From Ginglymostoma cirratum (lineage: Eukaryota): DNA of 64,000 nucleotides. The stretch spans positions 45,065,674 through 45,129,673 of the forward strand of contig JAHRHZ010000013.1 in the NCBI GenBank assembly GCA_024137785.1, given 5' to 3'. The position numbers and the translations under genes were made by a program. The notes under the pieces are model-generated. The model worked only from the letters and a program-made list of their open reading frames with translations, was not told the origin of the DNA and searched no databases. Positions 13,691-27,403 of the stretch are shown here, in pieces (positions within the stretch are counted from its first letter, which is position 1; each line of letters starts with the position of its first letter).

Positions 13691-14307
13691 GACGTCATTT
13701 ATTACAGATCAAATATGGAAACAGGCAAGCTTTATGCACAACTTCATTGCTGAAATTGAATTTAATCCTCCTTTTGGTGAAATATTGCATTTATAATATT
13801 AGTCAGTCCCACCATTCATACAGGGAATAAGTCTCCTTCTAAACAATATCATCAAACTTACACTGTTGGATCTCCTAACGTAATGTTGAAGTATGGTTGC
13901 CTTGTTATTAATTTCATCCATATCTTTAAGGTTACTGGTCTAAGTAAGCAAAAGGTATTCCGGCATGATTTTAAAACAAAAAAAATTTCCAGAAGACACA
14001 ACAAACCACAACAGAACAATACCTCACAAATTGACAAATAACAGGCTAATTCTTCGGTCTAATGCCGGTGAAACATTGTGTAGGGAAATGAGACAGATCT
14101 AGCAACAAGATGGGAAACTCAAAACTGCATTCTAATTAAGCTCTGTAACATGGCTTCAGGTTTATTTGTGAAGACGCCAGAAATTGAAAGCTAAGATATG
14201 TGCAATCGTCAGCTGGAAAGCTGCAAAACTGCCCCCAAATAATTTTAAACAATCAAATTGAAATAAATATCAATTACAAAATTGATTATTTGCAGTGACA
14301 GGCTTAC

Positions 14308-14395
14308 CCTTGCATTGTGCAATTCCACGCCATAAAATTCAAGGGTTTTTGCTCTACTTAGGTAACCAAGTTCTGCTTCTGATTGTTTAAGACCT
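14308..14395 (-). CDS. PTPN3: PTPN3 coding exon 8 (GLKQSEAELGYLSRAKTLEFYGVELHNAR)
   Basis: 88 nt, ttttctAG / GTAAGC; FERM L.FYGV motif. Confidence 0.96.
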
Positions 14396-14862
14396 CTAGA
14401 AAATTAATTTTAAAAAAAACAAGTTTGCCATGGGAACAATAGAGAAGAAATGCACTATTGTTCTAAAATGTCGCAGCATTTTACATAATACAAAATTAAA
14501 TTTACTGTGTCAAAGATTTATATGCAGAACTATGTTAAGCAGGTTAATGAACTAAGACCCAGGCTGCAAATAGATCTCAACAGCAACACAGAAAACTTTC
14601 CAAGAACTTTTTACTGAGTTTCAGTTGATTAATTACTAAACACAATTTGAGAAGATTATATCCAACAACTCTTAAACCACGGAAGACATTAAATGGAAGT
14701 GCTGACATTACTGTAACAAATGAACAGATAAAATGGATGCAAAATAAAATTAAGTAATTATTGAGTTACAACTGCATAAAATTCTTAAATAAACAAAAAC
14801 TAATTAGAAAGCAGCTAGTTTATTTTTACTTTAGTCCCTTAATGAAAGCACTTTGGTTCTAC

Positions 14863-14983
14863 CTGTGTTGTTTGTGCAAGGACATCACAGTGGTTTGAAA
14901 TTCCTGGTTTTTATCAAGTACAAAATGGAAGTTTTCAATATAGCCAGGATGATGCTCAGAAGGATTGTATTCTCCAAGTTCAG
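14863..14983 (-). CDS. PTPN3: PTPN3 coding exon 7 (ELGEYNPSEHHPGYIENFHFVLDKNQEFQTTVMSLHKQHR)
   Basis: 121 nt, cttacAG / GTAGAA; in frame. Confidence 0.95.
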
Positions 14984-15419
14984 CTGTAAGATTTAATTCA
15001 TCATTAATATGCATGCTAATAGTTACCATTCCATCACTCCCTTCATTTTTTAAGCAAACAGTCTAGGTTTTGTTGACATACTTCATTCATGTTAAGTGAC
15101 TATTGCAACTGGAAAATTGAAGCCGAAAGTCACCTTTACCAGGATTTTTCACAGTTTCAATAGTACCTTTGCTTTTATGAATTATATTCAGTTTGCACTA
15201 TGCAATTTTGCATTAAACTGTAAATAATATTTAGCTTCAGACAAAATCATATTCACCAAAAAAATCTGTGATGTCACTTTTTTAAAAATGAAATTTTTCT
15301 TGATTTTTCTTAATGTATTGCTATTCCTATCCTAATACAACAGAAATTCTATTGATCTTGCCTGACACCTTCCAAATTTGTTTATTAAATTATGGCTCTA
15401 ATATTAGTACTTTCTAAAG

Positions 15420-17150
15420 TTATGTAAATATAGGAAAAGTAGATCATTCAGCCCCTTGAACCTGCTCAGCCATTTCTAGATCAGAGCCAATCATCTTCCT
15501 CAAAACCATTTTCATGTGCCATCCCTTGATGCCATTAGTACTTCAAAATCTATCAATCTCCATCTTGAACATAATTACTGTTTGAGCTTTCACAAGACCA
15601 TAAAACACAAGCATAGAAACAGGCCATTCAGGCCGTCAAGTCTGCTCTGCTATTCAGTGATATCATAGCTGGTCTGATAATTTTCAACTCCACTTTCCTT
15701 TTTTTTGTATTAACTTTTAATTCCCTTACTGATTAAAAATTTGGCTATCTCAGCCTTGAATATACTTAAATGGCCCATGTGCAACAGGCCCCTGCTGTAA
15801 ATAATTCCTCAAATTCATTATTTATAGATAAGAAACTCCTTCCCAACTCAATCTTAAATGAGGCAACCCTACATTCGGAAATTATGTCCTCTGGTCTTGG
15901 ACACTACCTCAAGGGGAAACACCCTTTCCACATCTATCCACAAGTCCCCTAAGAATCTTGTATGATTCAATAAAGTTGCCTTTCATTCTTCTTTTTCCGA
16001 TGAGTACATGCCCAATCTACACAAATTCTCCTCTTAAGACTATTCCTCCGTACCTGGTATCAGCCAAGTAAACCTTCTCTGGACTGCCTCCAATACCAGT
16101 GTATCTTTCCTTGAATAAGGGAGCCAAAACTGTTCATAGTATTCAGCCATGGTCTGACTAGTGCCTTGAGTAGTTTTAGCAAAGATTTTACATGCCATTC
16201 CTATTGAAGTAAAGGCTAACACTTCATTTGTCTCCCTATTACCAACTGAACCTGGATGCTAACTTCTTGTGATTCATAAACAAAGATTTCCAAATACTTC
16301 TGTTCTATAGCTTGCTGCAGTTTTTATCCATTTAAATAATATTCAGCTATAGTCTTCCAACCAGACTGCATAATCTCACATTCCTCCACATCATTCTTCC
16401 TGCCAAGCTTTTACCCACTTGCCGAACATGTCGATATCCCTGTGCAGATTTTGTTATCCTTACTGCTTGCTTTCCCACCAATTTTTGTGTCATCCACAAT
16501 CTTGACTATAGTATCTTCATTTTCCACATCCAATACACAATTCAGAAGTTTTACTTCACCTGAAGTGAAGGAAGTTCCCCTCTTTTCAGTCCTAAATAGT
16601 TTTGACCCTTATCCCGAGACTGTGTCCCTGAAATCAGGACAAATGTGCTTTCCGCAACTATGCTATCTAACACTAAAAATATTTTAAGTGTCAATGGAGA
16701 TCAATTTTCATTCTTCTAAACTCTGGAGAATACAGGGCACCTCCTCAATCTCTCTTCAAAAGGCAGTTCTGTCATCCGTGAATTAGTGTGATGAAGCTCC
16801 ACTGCACTGCTTCATAGAAATTATGCCCTTTCTTAGGGAAGTTGCATACAATACTTCAAATTAGGTTTCACCAAGGTTCTATGCAATTGAAGCAAGACAG
16901 TCTTGTTCCTCTACTAAACACCTCTTTCAATGGAAGGCCAAAGTACCATTAGTCTTCCTAACTGCTTGCTGAACCCTGCACACTAGCTCTCAGTGACTTA
17001 TACATAAGGACACAGGTTCTTTTGGACATGAACACATCCTACTAAAATTTCTCACACCATTTAAACAATATTCTGTAACTCTGTTCCTCCTGTTAAAGGA
17101 AATAACTTCACACCTAGCCACACTATATTTCATCTGCCATGTTTTCTAAT
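15420..17150 (-). mobile_element. Composite CR1 LINE remnants
   Basis: EYYEQFWLPYSRKDTLVLEAVQRRFTWLIPG (ORF 16040..16222) and CR1 3' UTR ends. Confidence 0.8.
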
Positions 17151-17945
17151 GCATTTAGTATCCATGTTCTTACATGTTTGGCTAAATCATTGGTTTGCTT
17201 TATTTTTCACAGCACTGTCAATGCACTGGTGATCAGACTACTCGCATTTCCCCTTTAGCACACTGCTGAACATTTTGGTGAATTATCTGCCACTGCACAT
17301 TCTTTAGTATCTGCCCTATGCACTGCCAAATTACTACTAAACTCCCATCAACATTGTGCCTATCTAATTTTTCTTATTATCATTGTGACACAGTTGTTGG
17401 CTCATTTTCTGATGAAGATATATCTGACTCAAGGATTCACCAGAACTATTTCCTCTCATCAACTGGTGCTTACTTAATGAACATTTCCAATCATTTGAAT
17501 ATATCCAGGTCTTAACTGAATTTTGTTCTACTTTGGTCAAATTCTTGTAGCATTCATAACTCCCAATTCTTCTGTAATATTTTGGAGCCCATCTTAATTT
17601 CTGATTATTTCAAATGGACAACATGCATACAAATGGTTGCTGAAAGGTACAACTTTTTTTGAAATCAGAAGGTCTGTTTTAAATGGATAAGCATGAGCTA
17701 AGTATTTGCACAATATACGCTGCTAGCCATTCTACCCGGGGACTGTTTTAGGGTATGACAATGGCAGTTTTGTTCCAAAAAAAGTTTATAATTTACAGAT
17801 TTGAAAGTTCAAGGAAGCTCTTGACAAATAATTAAAACTGGCATATTGAAACAATTTGAAGAAAACATGACTTATATTGATAATCAAGTCCCAAAACCAT
17901 AGTGAAGCTATTGAAAATACTATACATTATATTTTCACAACTTAC

Positions 17946-17998
17946 ACTGAACTACATAGGAAGCAAGTAAGGCTGCTTTATTGTGAGGACAAGGTAAC
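17946..17998 (-). CDS. PTPN3: PTPN3 coding exon 6 (LPCPHNKAALLASYVVQS)
   Basis: 53 nt, ttttccAG / GTAAGT. Confidence 0.95.
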
Positions 17999-18309
17999 CT
18001 GGAAAACACAAACTTGGAGATTATATTGTCAGAGTAATGTGATAACCTATAGTTAAACAAAAATGTATTAAATATGAATTGTGAAATACACCACACTAAT
18101 CAAGTTTGTAATAGATTCTTAACAAGTACTTTTCATTATTATGTAGTTGCACTGTTACACACTCAAGCAAATCTTTTGCAACATCCTTGTGCATCTGTAC
18201 ATTTTTCAAATTAATTGAAATAAAGGAAATTGTAATTACAGGACTTTATGCAAAAAATATTCTTAAGCTGTTCATCAATAAAAGCTTCAGAAAAATCATT
18301 CATCAGAAA

Positions 18310-18642
18310 ATGATCAGAGGATTAGATAGGGTGGACAGTGAGAGTCTTTTTCCTAGGATGATGACGTTGGCTAGTACGAGGGGGCATAGCTGCAAATTGA
18401 AGGGTGATAGATTTAAGACAGATGTCAGAGGCAGGTTCTTTACTCAGAGAGTGGTAAGGGCGTGGAATGCCCTGCCTGCCAATGTAGTTAACTCAGCCAC
18501 ATTAGGGGCATTTAAACAGTCCTTGGATAAGCATATGGATGATGATGGGATAGTGTAGGGGGATGGGCTTAGATTAGTTCACAGGTCGGCGCAACATCGA
18601 GGGCTGAAGGGCCTGTTCTGCGCTGTATTGTTCCATGTTCTG
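18310..18642 (+). mobile_element. Young CR1 3' end
   Basis: MIRGLDRVDSESLFPRM..TRGHSCKLKGDRFKTDVRGRFFTQRVVRAWNALP..FKQSLDKHM followed by a gttc(t/c)atgttc tail. Confidence 0.9.
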
Positions 18643-19019
18643 TGAAGTTACTTCAAAAACCAACAATATCTGCATCTGTCAGTCGCCTAATCAAGCTTAC
18701 CCCTGGGCCTTAAGCCTGGAAGTTGAAGAAACTGAAAACCCCATGATGGCACAATAAGAAAGGATATAGAATTTTTCCTCTGTTTTAGGCTCAACACCTG
18801 GCATTTAGGCTCAGTGCAAGGAGTCACTGACTTAAACATAAGGACTGGTACAAGCAAGGTATACTGCAATCAAGTAGCTGAATCAAAGCTCATGCTACAA
18901 GGTTCTGCCACACAAATATTGTACCACAGGTAGTTTCAAAATGATTTGGGAGAGCTGGGAACCTCCAATCATAAATACTGTCTGTCTCTAGGATACCTGA
19001 CCAACACAGGGGTTAGAGG

Positions 19020-19770
19020 ATCCCAACATACGAACACACAATCAGAAGAAATAAGGAGTTGGAAGAGACTATTTAATTCTGATAATGCTCCATTGATCAA
19101 GATCATTGCTGATTGTTACTTCAACACGATCTCCATTTCCATTAGCACCCAAACATCCACTGCCTTCTATTTTTAATATACTCAAGGACTAACAACATTC
19201 TCAGCTCTCAGGGTAGACAATTCCGAAGTTTCACAGCCCTTTCAGTTAATTTGAATTCTCAGTCCTAAATTATCAACCCCTTGTTCTGAAACTGTGACCC
19301 CATACTCGACTCCCCAGCAAGGGAATCGTTTTCTCATCAATTTTTGGAATACTGTGTGCAGTTCTGGTCACCCTGCTCTAGGAAGGATGTTGATTTACAA
19401 GGACATTGCTAGGTTTGGAGGGTTTGAGCTACAGAGATAGGTTGAATAGGCTGGGGCTATTTTCCCTGGAGCATCGAAGGTTGAGGGGTGACCTTATAAA
19501 GATTTGCAAAGTCATGAGGGGCAAGGATAGGGTGAATAGACAACGACTTTTCCCCGGGTTGACGGAGTCCAAATCTCGAGGGCATAGGTTAAAGTGAGAA
19601 GGGAAAGATTTAAAAGGGACCTAAGGGGCAACATAGAAGGGGAGTCATAATGGACTCAAAATGTTAATTCTGAGTCTCTCTTCACAGATGTCACCAGATC
19701 TGCTGAGTTTCTCTAGCATTCTTTGTGCTTGTTTTACATTTCCAGCATTTATAGTAGTTTGTTTTTACAT
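19020..19770. mobile_element. CR1 fragments (minus then plus) followed by a family-B PLE terminus (19635-19770, plus)
   Basis: GLEGLSYRDRLNRLGLFSLEHRRLRGDLIKI; ggactcaaaatgttaattctg. Confidence 0.8.
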
Positions 19771-20189
19771 GATGCTTGATCAGTAGGAATGAGGTGCAGT
19801 AAAAGATTAATCCCGATAGTGTATTGTGAAAAATAATTAGCAAGACAGTAAATCAAGTCTACTTACACCTTCTGCAAATATTCATCTGCATTATGGCTCC
19901 TACCTTTTGGAACTAACACTGACCCTAACCCTACCTCAATCTCACATAACACTGTCGAATTTTTTAAACTCGAATCTCTGGTGTTTGATGTCATATCAAT
20001 GGGAGATCATATGTACTTAATATACATTTTATAGATTTTACAAATAAAAAATACATGAATAAACTTGGAAGCACTATTTGCATGATGATGTTACCGGTAT
20101 AGAATGAACTATAAACTTTTTGATGATATCTTATATAACGAATCAGAAAAAGATTACACACTTCATGTTCTGATATAATTGACCCCGAA

Positions 20190-21760
20190 ACCACACTAAC
20201 TGACGTAAGATCAGTGTGCGCAGGAGACAATTTCAAGGTTTGTGGATGACAAAACTCGGAAGCATTATAAACTGCAAGGAGGATGTGTAGAACTTCGAAA
20301 GGACACTGACATGTCGGCAGATGAAGTTCAATGCAGGGAAGTATGAGGTGATGCACTTTGGTACATAGAACATGGAGAGACAGCATAAAATAAAGACTAC
20401 CATTCTAAAGTATGTGCAGGAGCAGACAAACGTGGGTATTTACATATTTAAGTAATTAAAGGTAGCAGGACCAGTAAAGAGAGCTGTTAAGAAAGCATTC
20501 AGTATTCTTGACTCTACAATCATGGACACAGACTACCACAGCAGGGAGGTTACGATGAACTTCTTTATGACACTTTTTACACCACAGTTGAAATATTGTA
20601 TGTAGTTTGGTGACATGCTATAGAAAGGATGTGATTTCATTGGAGAGAGCCTGGAAGAGGTTTACAAGAATGGTTTAGGGATGAGACTCCAGTTATGAGG
20701 AAAGATTGGAGAATTTAGGGGCATTTAAACGGCTATTAGATAGGCATATGGATGATAGTATAAGGTAGGGGTGGAGGTCAGATAGACCTTAGGATTAGGG
20801 TAAAAGTTTGGCACAACATCGTGGGCCGAAGGGCCTGTACTGTGCTGTACTGTTCTATGTTCTATTAACATGAGATTGTATTCCTGGAAGAGGAGGCGGG
20901 TAAAAAAAGATCAGAGAGAAGTATTCAAAATCACAATGGTTTGGACAGCGTGGATAGGGAGAAACTGTTCTCACTCATCAGATTAAAACTGTGTCCTCTG
21001 GTCCTCAAAAGAACCAAAATGCAAGATGAGAAGAAGTTTTTTCACACAATGAGTAATTAGCATACAGAATGTACTGCTTGGAACTATGGTGCAGGCAGGT
21101 TCAATTTAGGCATTCAATAAGGCATTGGATAATTAATTAAATAGAAATAATATGCTGCATTAAGTGGGAAAGGCAGAAAATTGGGAAAAAGTTGAAATAC
21201 TCAGAGCCACTGCAGATATGATGGACTGAATGATTTCCTTCTGCACCATAACATTTCTATGATTCTGTGAATTCAGAAAAATTGCAATCACTAAGAAAAT
21301 AGTACTGAGGAAATTGTTAGAGCTATAAGCTGAGATGACCTCGAGCCCTGGGCGATCTTCATTGTGGGATCCTTAAAAAAGTAGTTAGTGAGATAGTTGG
21401 CCCATTAGTTTATTTTTCCAGAAATCCCTAAATTTGAGAAGGTTCCATTAGATTAGAAGATAGAAAACACCAATCATTTAGTGAAAAAGGGTCTTGAATC
21501 TTTGGAATTCTATATCCCAGAGGACTATGGATGCTCAGTCATTGAGTATGTTTAGAGGTTGACAGATATTTATTTACCAGTGATGTAAAGGGATATGGAG
21601 ACATGAGAGAAAAGTGCATTGAAGTGAATGATCTGCCATGATTGTACTAAATAACAAAGCAAGCTCAATGGATTACTCTTGCTCTTATGTGCCAAAGGTC
21701 TTATTGTACTGTGAAGCAGGCTTGAGGGGCCATGTCTTCTCCTGCTCCAATACACAGAGA
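20190..21760 (+). mobile_element. CR1 remnants with a nested young CR1 tail (20715-20865)
   Basis: KFNAGKYEVMHFG motif; nested tail ends gtactgttctatgttctat. Confidence 0.8.
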
Positions 21761-22055
21761 AGCATGAATAATTAAGACAGAGAACCTTCCCGGGGAACTG
21801 AAGCAAAAGTCAAGATATTGACAGTCTTAGACTTCATAAGATTAAAATGGGTTATGGGAAAAGCAGCATGTGTGAAGAAACAAGAAACCTTTTTGAAGGT
21901 AGTTTTCGCAATATATTTGAAACCAGCAGAAATACTGATGCCAGAAAACATCAATGTCTCCCAGTGGTCACATAACTTGTTAAATAAGAATTAGTTCACA
22001 GGTTTGAAACCTCCTTTAGAAATTTCAGTACAACAATTAGGCTGACATTTTTAAA

Positions 22056-22418
22056 AATTCATTCACAGGGCATGGACATCACTTCCCTGGCGAGTATTTA
22101 TTACCCATTGATTGCCCATCCTTAATTGCCCAGAGGGCAGTTAAGAGTCAACCACATTGCTGTGGGTCTGGAGTCACATGCAGGCCAGACCAGGTCAGGA
22201 TGGCAGTTTCCTTCCCCAAAAGACATTATTGAACCAGATGGGTTTTTGCAACAATCAACAATGGTTTCATCTTCATCGTTGGACTCTTAATTCCAGATTT
22301 TTATTCGATTTAGATTCCACCATCTGTTGTGGCAGGGTTCGCACCTGGGTCCCCTGGACAATACCTGGGTCTCTGGATTAACAGTCCAGTGATAATACCA
22401 TTAGGACATTGCCTCCCA
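22056..22418 (-). mobile_element. tRNA-derived SINE with LINE-shared tail
   Basis: Reverse complement of the element at 45565-45890 (tggtattatc..taatccagag..ggttcgaa..gggatgggcaataaatgctg). Confidence 0.75.
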
Positions 22419-22640
22419 CCGTTTCAATACAGCATTATGAAGGGTGCTGCAGTGTTAACGATGCCATTTTTCCCCCAATAATATATTAAAAAATGCCTAC
22501 CAGCTTGTTCACATCACCAAAGAGGATATCGTAGCACAACTCAGGATAGAGAAATTCTCATGAACTAACCAACATATTTTCCTTAACCACTATTATCATA
22601 ATGGAGTAATTTCCTCACAGCTACATATGGCAGTTTGTGT

Positions 22641-22785
22641 ACGGGGAGGTGATGTCCTAGTGGTATTATCACCGGACTGTTAATCCAGAGACCCAGGTAT
22701 TGCTCTGGCAACCCGAGTGCGAATTCTTCCACAACAGATGGTGGAATCTAAATCGAATAAAAATCTGGCATTAAGAGTCCAACAA
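22641..22785 (+). mobile_element. 5' part of the same SINE family
   Basis: ggggaggtgatgtcctagtggtattatcaccggactgttaatccagagacccagg. Confidence 0.7.
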
Positions 22786-23663
22786 TGAAGATGTTTGCAA
22801 TTTGTGTGGCACATGAAGCAGCGCTGCATTTACCCCTTGCAACACAGTCACTCCTACCACACTCCTGCCCACCCTCCCAGATCTAGGGCATTTCCTCTTT
22901 TTTATTCTTTTATTAAAAAATGCACAAAATAGTTGCGTTTTTGTACTGTTTCCCAATATGGGTGATTAGAGCTGCAATTTAGTAACATGTATGCACAAGT
23001 AAACTTTTATAGAAATCTCTTTTGCCAATCATGTAAATATGCTATTCTGGGTTTTTTTGTTCTTTCATCGGATGTTGACATTGCAAGCATTTGTTGTCCA
23101 TCTCTAACTATTCTTGAATGAGCGATTGCCAGATCACTTCAGATGGCAGTTATGAATCGACCACAGATTGCTTTGGATCTAAAGTCACATTAGACCAAAT
23201 CAGGTAAGACGGCAGACTTCCTGGATGTTAGTCTGGTTAGACTAGCTTTAGTATCAAAATTATTGATTTCCTTCCTTACAGCATATTAGTGTGGTTAGAT
23301 TAGCTTTAATACCAGAAATGTTAATTGAAGTTAAATTCAACCAGGTGTGACGATGGGATTTAAAACCTTTTCCAGAGCTTCTTAATTACTGCTTCAGTGG
23401 CATTACTACTGGACCACCATCTGCTCGGTACAATGAATAGAATCAGGATTTAAGATCATATTCAAGCTAACAACTTCTTCACTCATAATAGATGTACCAA
23501 TCAATAACATGCAATCAAACTATTCTTGCTTATTATTGAAAATAGAAATTTTATTGAAAGGAATCAACGCAGGTCAAAACTTATAATTACCTATTATCTC
23601 TAAAACTTATAATCTGTTCATTATAGATAAAAGAATGCATGCTGCACACAAAACAATATTTAC

Positions 23664-23708
23664 CTTCCATCAATAAAGTCTTTCTTCAGTTGTAAAAAAT
23701 ATAAGTGT
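23664..23708 (-). CDS. PTPN3: PTPN3 coding exon 5 (HLYFLQLKKDFIDGR)
   Basis: 45 nt, tttttcAG / GTAAAT; start of FERM F2. Confidence 0.95.
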
Positions 23709-24519
23709 CTGAAAAATAGATAATAATGTTAAATATCAGCGCATAATCTAATTATAGGTGTTGCTTGAAAACAGAGGATTCCAACGTGTATCAGCATTCA
23801 GATCTACAAGTTTGAATGGGATACTTTGCAAGAACATCATTCTGGAACAGATTTACTAACAGTCACAAGCATATAGAGTTCTGAACTTATATTGCATTTC
23901 ATCTAAAACTTTGTGGCCTCTTAGGCCACAAATGACTGAAACAAATGATTTAGAAGCAGTTTCTATTTGCTAAAGTGATGTAAATGACTGCAATTTTTAT
24001 CCCAACATTTTCAGTTGGACCAATAATGCTCCTACTAACAATAATTCAGTTAAGAACTCAATCTATGACACATCTTGTTCCATCATAAAAGATCAGATCA
24101 GAGCTCAGGTTTTCCAATTTAAAGGCCAGAGTCTGTTTTCATTTCACACAGTAATTGGATCTTAGAAACATATCAACATATTTTCTAAGAGTCAAACTCT
24201 TGTGGCATTGTTCACAGGGAGGTAACACCAAGAATCAGACAAAAGTCCCAAGTAAGTTCTTCAAAGAAACAAATGAATGGACATTGCATGGACAAAGCTC
24301 AGGACATATCAGATCATTCCAGGGAAAAGCACAAAACCAAATCCTGAGAAATCTGACAAGAGTTAGATGACTGAGCACCAAAGCCAGTATGTCTCTAGGT
24401 GGAAATGGGTATAAGTATGGGTGATCTTAATTTTCTTTTCCAGGTATCTTTATAGGATTTCTGTGATCCAAACTGTATTTCAGTGTCTCAATAAAAGTGC
24501 TTTTGGATTGTAAGTGGAA

Positions 24520-24838
24520 TGATGAACTTTTTCCTAGGGTAGGGGAGTCCAAAACTAGGCGGCCCAGGTTTAAGGTGAGAGGGGAAAGATTTAGAAGGAA
24601 CCCAAGGAGCAACTTTTTAATGGAGAGGCTGGTGCATGTTTGGAATGAGCTGCCAGAGGTGATGGAGGACATGGACACAACTACAAGGCATCTGGATGGT
24701 ACACGTATAGGAAGGATTGAGGGGCCTATGGGCCAAATGCTGACAAATGGGACTAGATCAGTTTAGGAAATCTGGCTGGCACAGTGGAGTTGGACTAAAG
24801 GGTCCATTTCAGTGCTAATATAACTTTATGACTCTATA
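24520..24838 (+). mobile_element. CR1 3' end
   Basis: FPRVGESKTRRPRFKVRGERFRRNPRSNFLMERLVHVWNELPE. Confidence 0.88.
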
Positions 24839-24910
24839 ACTGAAAGAAAAGTCAAGACATTTGATTGCTGTATTTTTGCTTAATTTTCTGTATTATTTTG
24901 CTGTATAAAT

Positions 24911-25227
24911 GGGCAGCACAGTGGTTAGCACTGCTAACTCTCATTGTCAGAGAGCCAGGTTCAATCCCGTCTTGGATGCCTGTGGAATTTGCATCTTCTC
25001 CCTGTATATGCACGGGTTTCCGCTGGGTGCTCCGGTTTCTGCCCACAGTCCAAAGATATGCAGGTTAAGTAGATTGGTCATGTTGAACTACCCTGTAGTG
25101 TTCAGGGATGTGCAGGCTAGGTGGATTAGCCATAATAAATGTGAAGTTACGCGGATAGGGTGTGGCCTCTGGTTTGGGTGGAATGCCTGATTGGCCTGTT
25201 TTAGAACTGCAGGGATTGTATGATTCT
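24911..25227 (+). mobile_element. HE1-like SINE
   Basis: gggcagcacagtggttagcactgct...ggttcaatccc...gggtgctccggtttctgcccacagtccaaagat. Confidence 0.85.
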
Positions 25228-25663
25228 TCAGAATGCAAATGGCGATCTGCACGTAACAGGCCGAAACCGCAACAGTTGAAGAAAGGTGCTGACAGCAGGA
25301 GAGAACAAAACCTGGTCGGCATCTTTTAGGAGTCAAAGGCAAGTCAGCTATCCCCCATTTTCATACCACTACTAGTGTAGTATTTCTCAAAAAGAAACCT
25401 CTGTGGAAAAATCCTCCAGTCTGTAGCCATGATTTTGCCATTTTTAAAATCATGTAGATAACTACACCATGGAATGTGTTAGATGCAAGGCTTTGAATTA
25501 CACATTTGAGTCTAAAATTTGAAATGGAATTTCAATACATCAAAATTCTGTGCATTAAGCAATAGCCAATTGACTAAATATCACTATTTGCACTTCTTGG
25601 TTCTGCACATGCACAATACGGAAGTATTTTGCCAGATATTGTACTTACATGCACATAGCCTAC

Positions 25664-25733
25664 CTTGTCTGTTCTTGCTGCAGAGCATTTGGGTCTGTTA
25701 CAAAAAATCTCACTCGGAAATTTACTACACCTC
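25664..25733 (-). CDS. PTPN3: PTPN3 coding exon 4 (GVVNFRVRFFVTDPNALQQEQTR)
   Basis: 70 nt, tttcAG / GTAGGC; keeps frame; FRVRFF..DP..LQQEQTR motif. Confidence 0.94.
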
Positions 25734-27360
25734 CTGAAATATTTTGGGTAAAAAAAGACACATTTAAATTGTTGAACCTTTTTTTTTTAAAAAGAAGTTG
25801 TGCGCGCCAATGTTTGGGCTTCTTGCATCTCAAACGCCTAGCATCTGCATCATGTACTCTTCCAGTCAAGTATAGCAAAGCCAGGCATATAATAAATCTC
25901 TCTACACTGCTGCAAAAACATGCTTTATCTGTAATCTCAGAGCAACAAAATGTACTTAATGTAGTAACATGTCCCAAGGTATTCTGCTGGAGTTTTAAAT
26001 TATAAAATTTGGTACCATTCCACTAAGGTTAGGGCAGATGATCAGAAGTTTGGATAAAGAAATATCCAAAATGTGGAATGCATTAAAATGTGAAAAAGGT
26101 GGAGAAATAGAGGAATTTCCATGAACTAGTGCCTTAACAGCTGAAAGCTAATGGTGGAATTATTAAAATTGGAGATGCTCAAGAGGCCAGGACTAGACAA
26201 GTGCTGATATCTTGGAGATATATCGAAGAATTGTTGAAGTGGAACATCCATGAGATCAGCCTTTGAGAACACTGTCTCAACCCACACTTGCTGGAAAAGG
26301 GATTAATACTGATTTTCTACTAAACTCCCACAGTCAGCAGCTTAGGAAGATTACATTCTATTTTCCACAGCATTTCTTGTAGAGAACATCTAATGTTATT
26401 TCAGTCACTATAGAGTAGACCTTTTTCTCCTCCCAGCAAGTGTCTCAGGCTTGAGAATTCAGTGGTGAAATAGGAGAACGTAGTGGCATTGCTACATGAC
26501 ATACTTAATGACATAAAAACCTGATCCCAATAATTAAATGACTCTTTCTCCAGAATTTGGAGAAGGTTACAAACATCTACAAGACAGTTAGATAGAAGTT
26601 CTATTTCTAGTGGTACAGTAACACTACTGGACTTCTTTTATTCTTATGCAATAAACTGCCCAAAGTGAACAGTATCACCTTATAGGCTAAATACTACATC
26701 CACGTGTTTTTGATTAATACCACAGTTTGTGTTATAGTACAGGAAGCTCCTTGGTTTAGTAACTGGCCTGTTCTCAGCTTTATGTCATTTGGGCCACACG
26801 AATTGTTTTCAGCAATCCTGTCAAGAGTTTCATTGTTAGTCAGTCACTCCTTTTAAGTCCCCAAGTAGATACTGAATAAAAGCAAGAACTCAACCGTGAC
26901 ATGTGTAAATATTCCAACACTCAACAGTTCAGGCTCATAGTTAAACAGCCATATGTTAGAAATGGCAGAGAGAAACCAAACAATATTTTCGGGCATAGAA
27001 AGAAAATCTTTTATTTTGAACAAATATTGTAAGGTGCAGCCAAGGTTGTGATAGTATGGAGCTAACTTGAAACTATCAGCAAAGCTAATTACTGGGGCAT
27101 CAAGCACTCTCTCAAAACACATTAGGAGAGAAACACTGCAATTAAGAAAACATGTTTTGTGGAAACTGAAATATCATTGCCTGTTTCCTAAAGCACATAA
27201 CTTGTTCATATTTACCTACATCTTTAGTCCAGGCATAAAAGGTTAGTTGCATAACTTCTCTTTGAAGAAATAAATTAAAACTGAAATAAAGGCCAAATGA
27301 TTCAACTGAAGAGCTTTGGAAGGTTAATAATATTTAGTTATAGTAAGTCACTAGGCTTAC

Positions 27361-27403
27361 CTTTAAACTGTTTCCTGATAGGTTTGCTAGGTTCAAGCCA
27401 CCT
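27361..27403 (-). CDS. PTPN3: PTPN3 coding exon 3 (RWLEPSKPIRKQFKG)
   Basis: 43 nt, cacAG / GTAAGC; FERM WL..K.IRKQ motif; 110-nt intron upstream. Confidence 0.95.

Noticed and set aside
24911-24975. tRNA gene
   Set aside because: A/B boxes are present but continue into the SINE body, and no complete cloverleaf is evident. The same applies to the other SINE heads.
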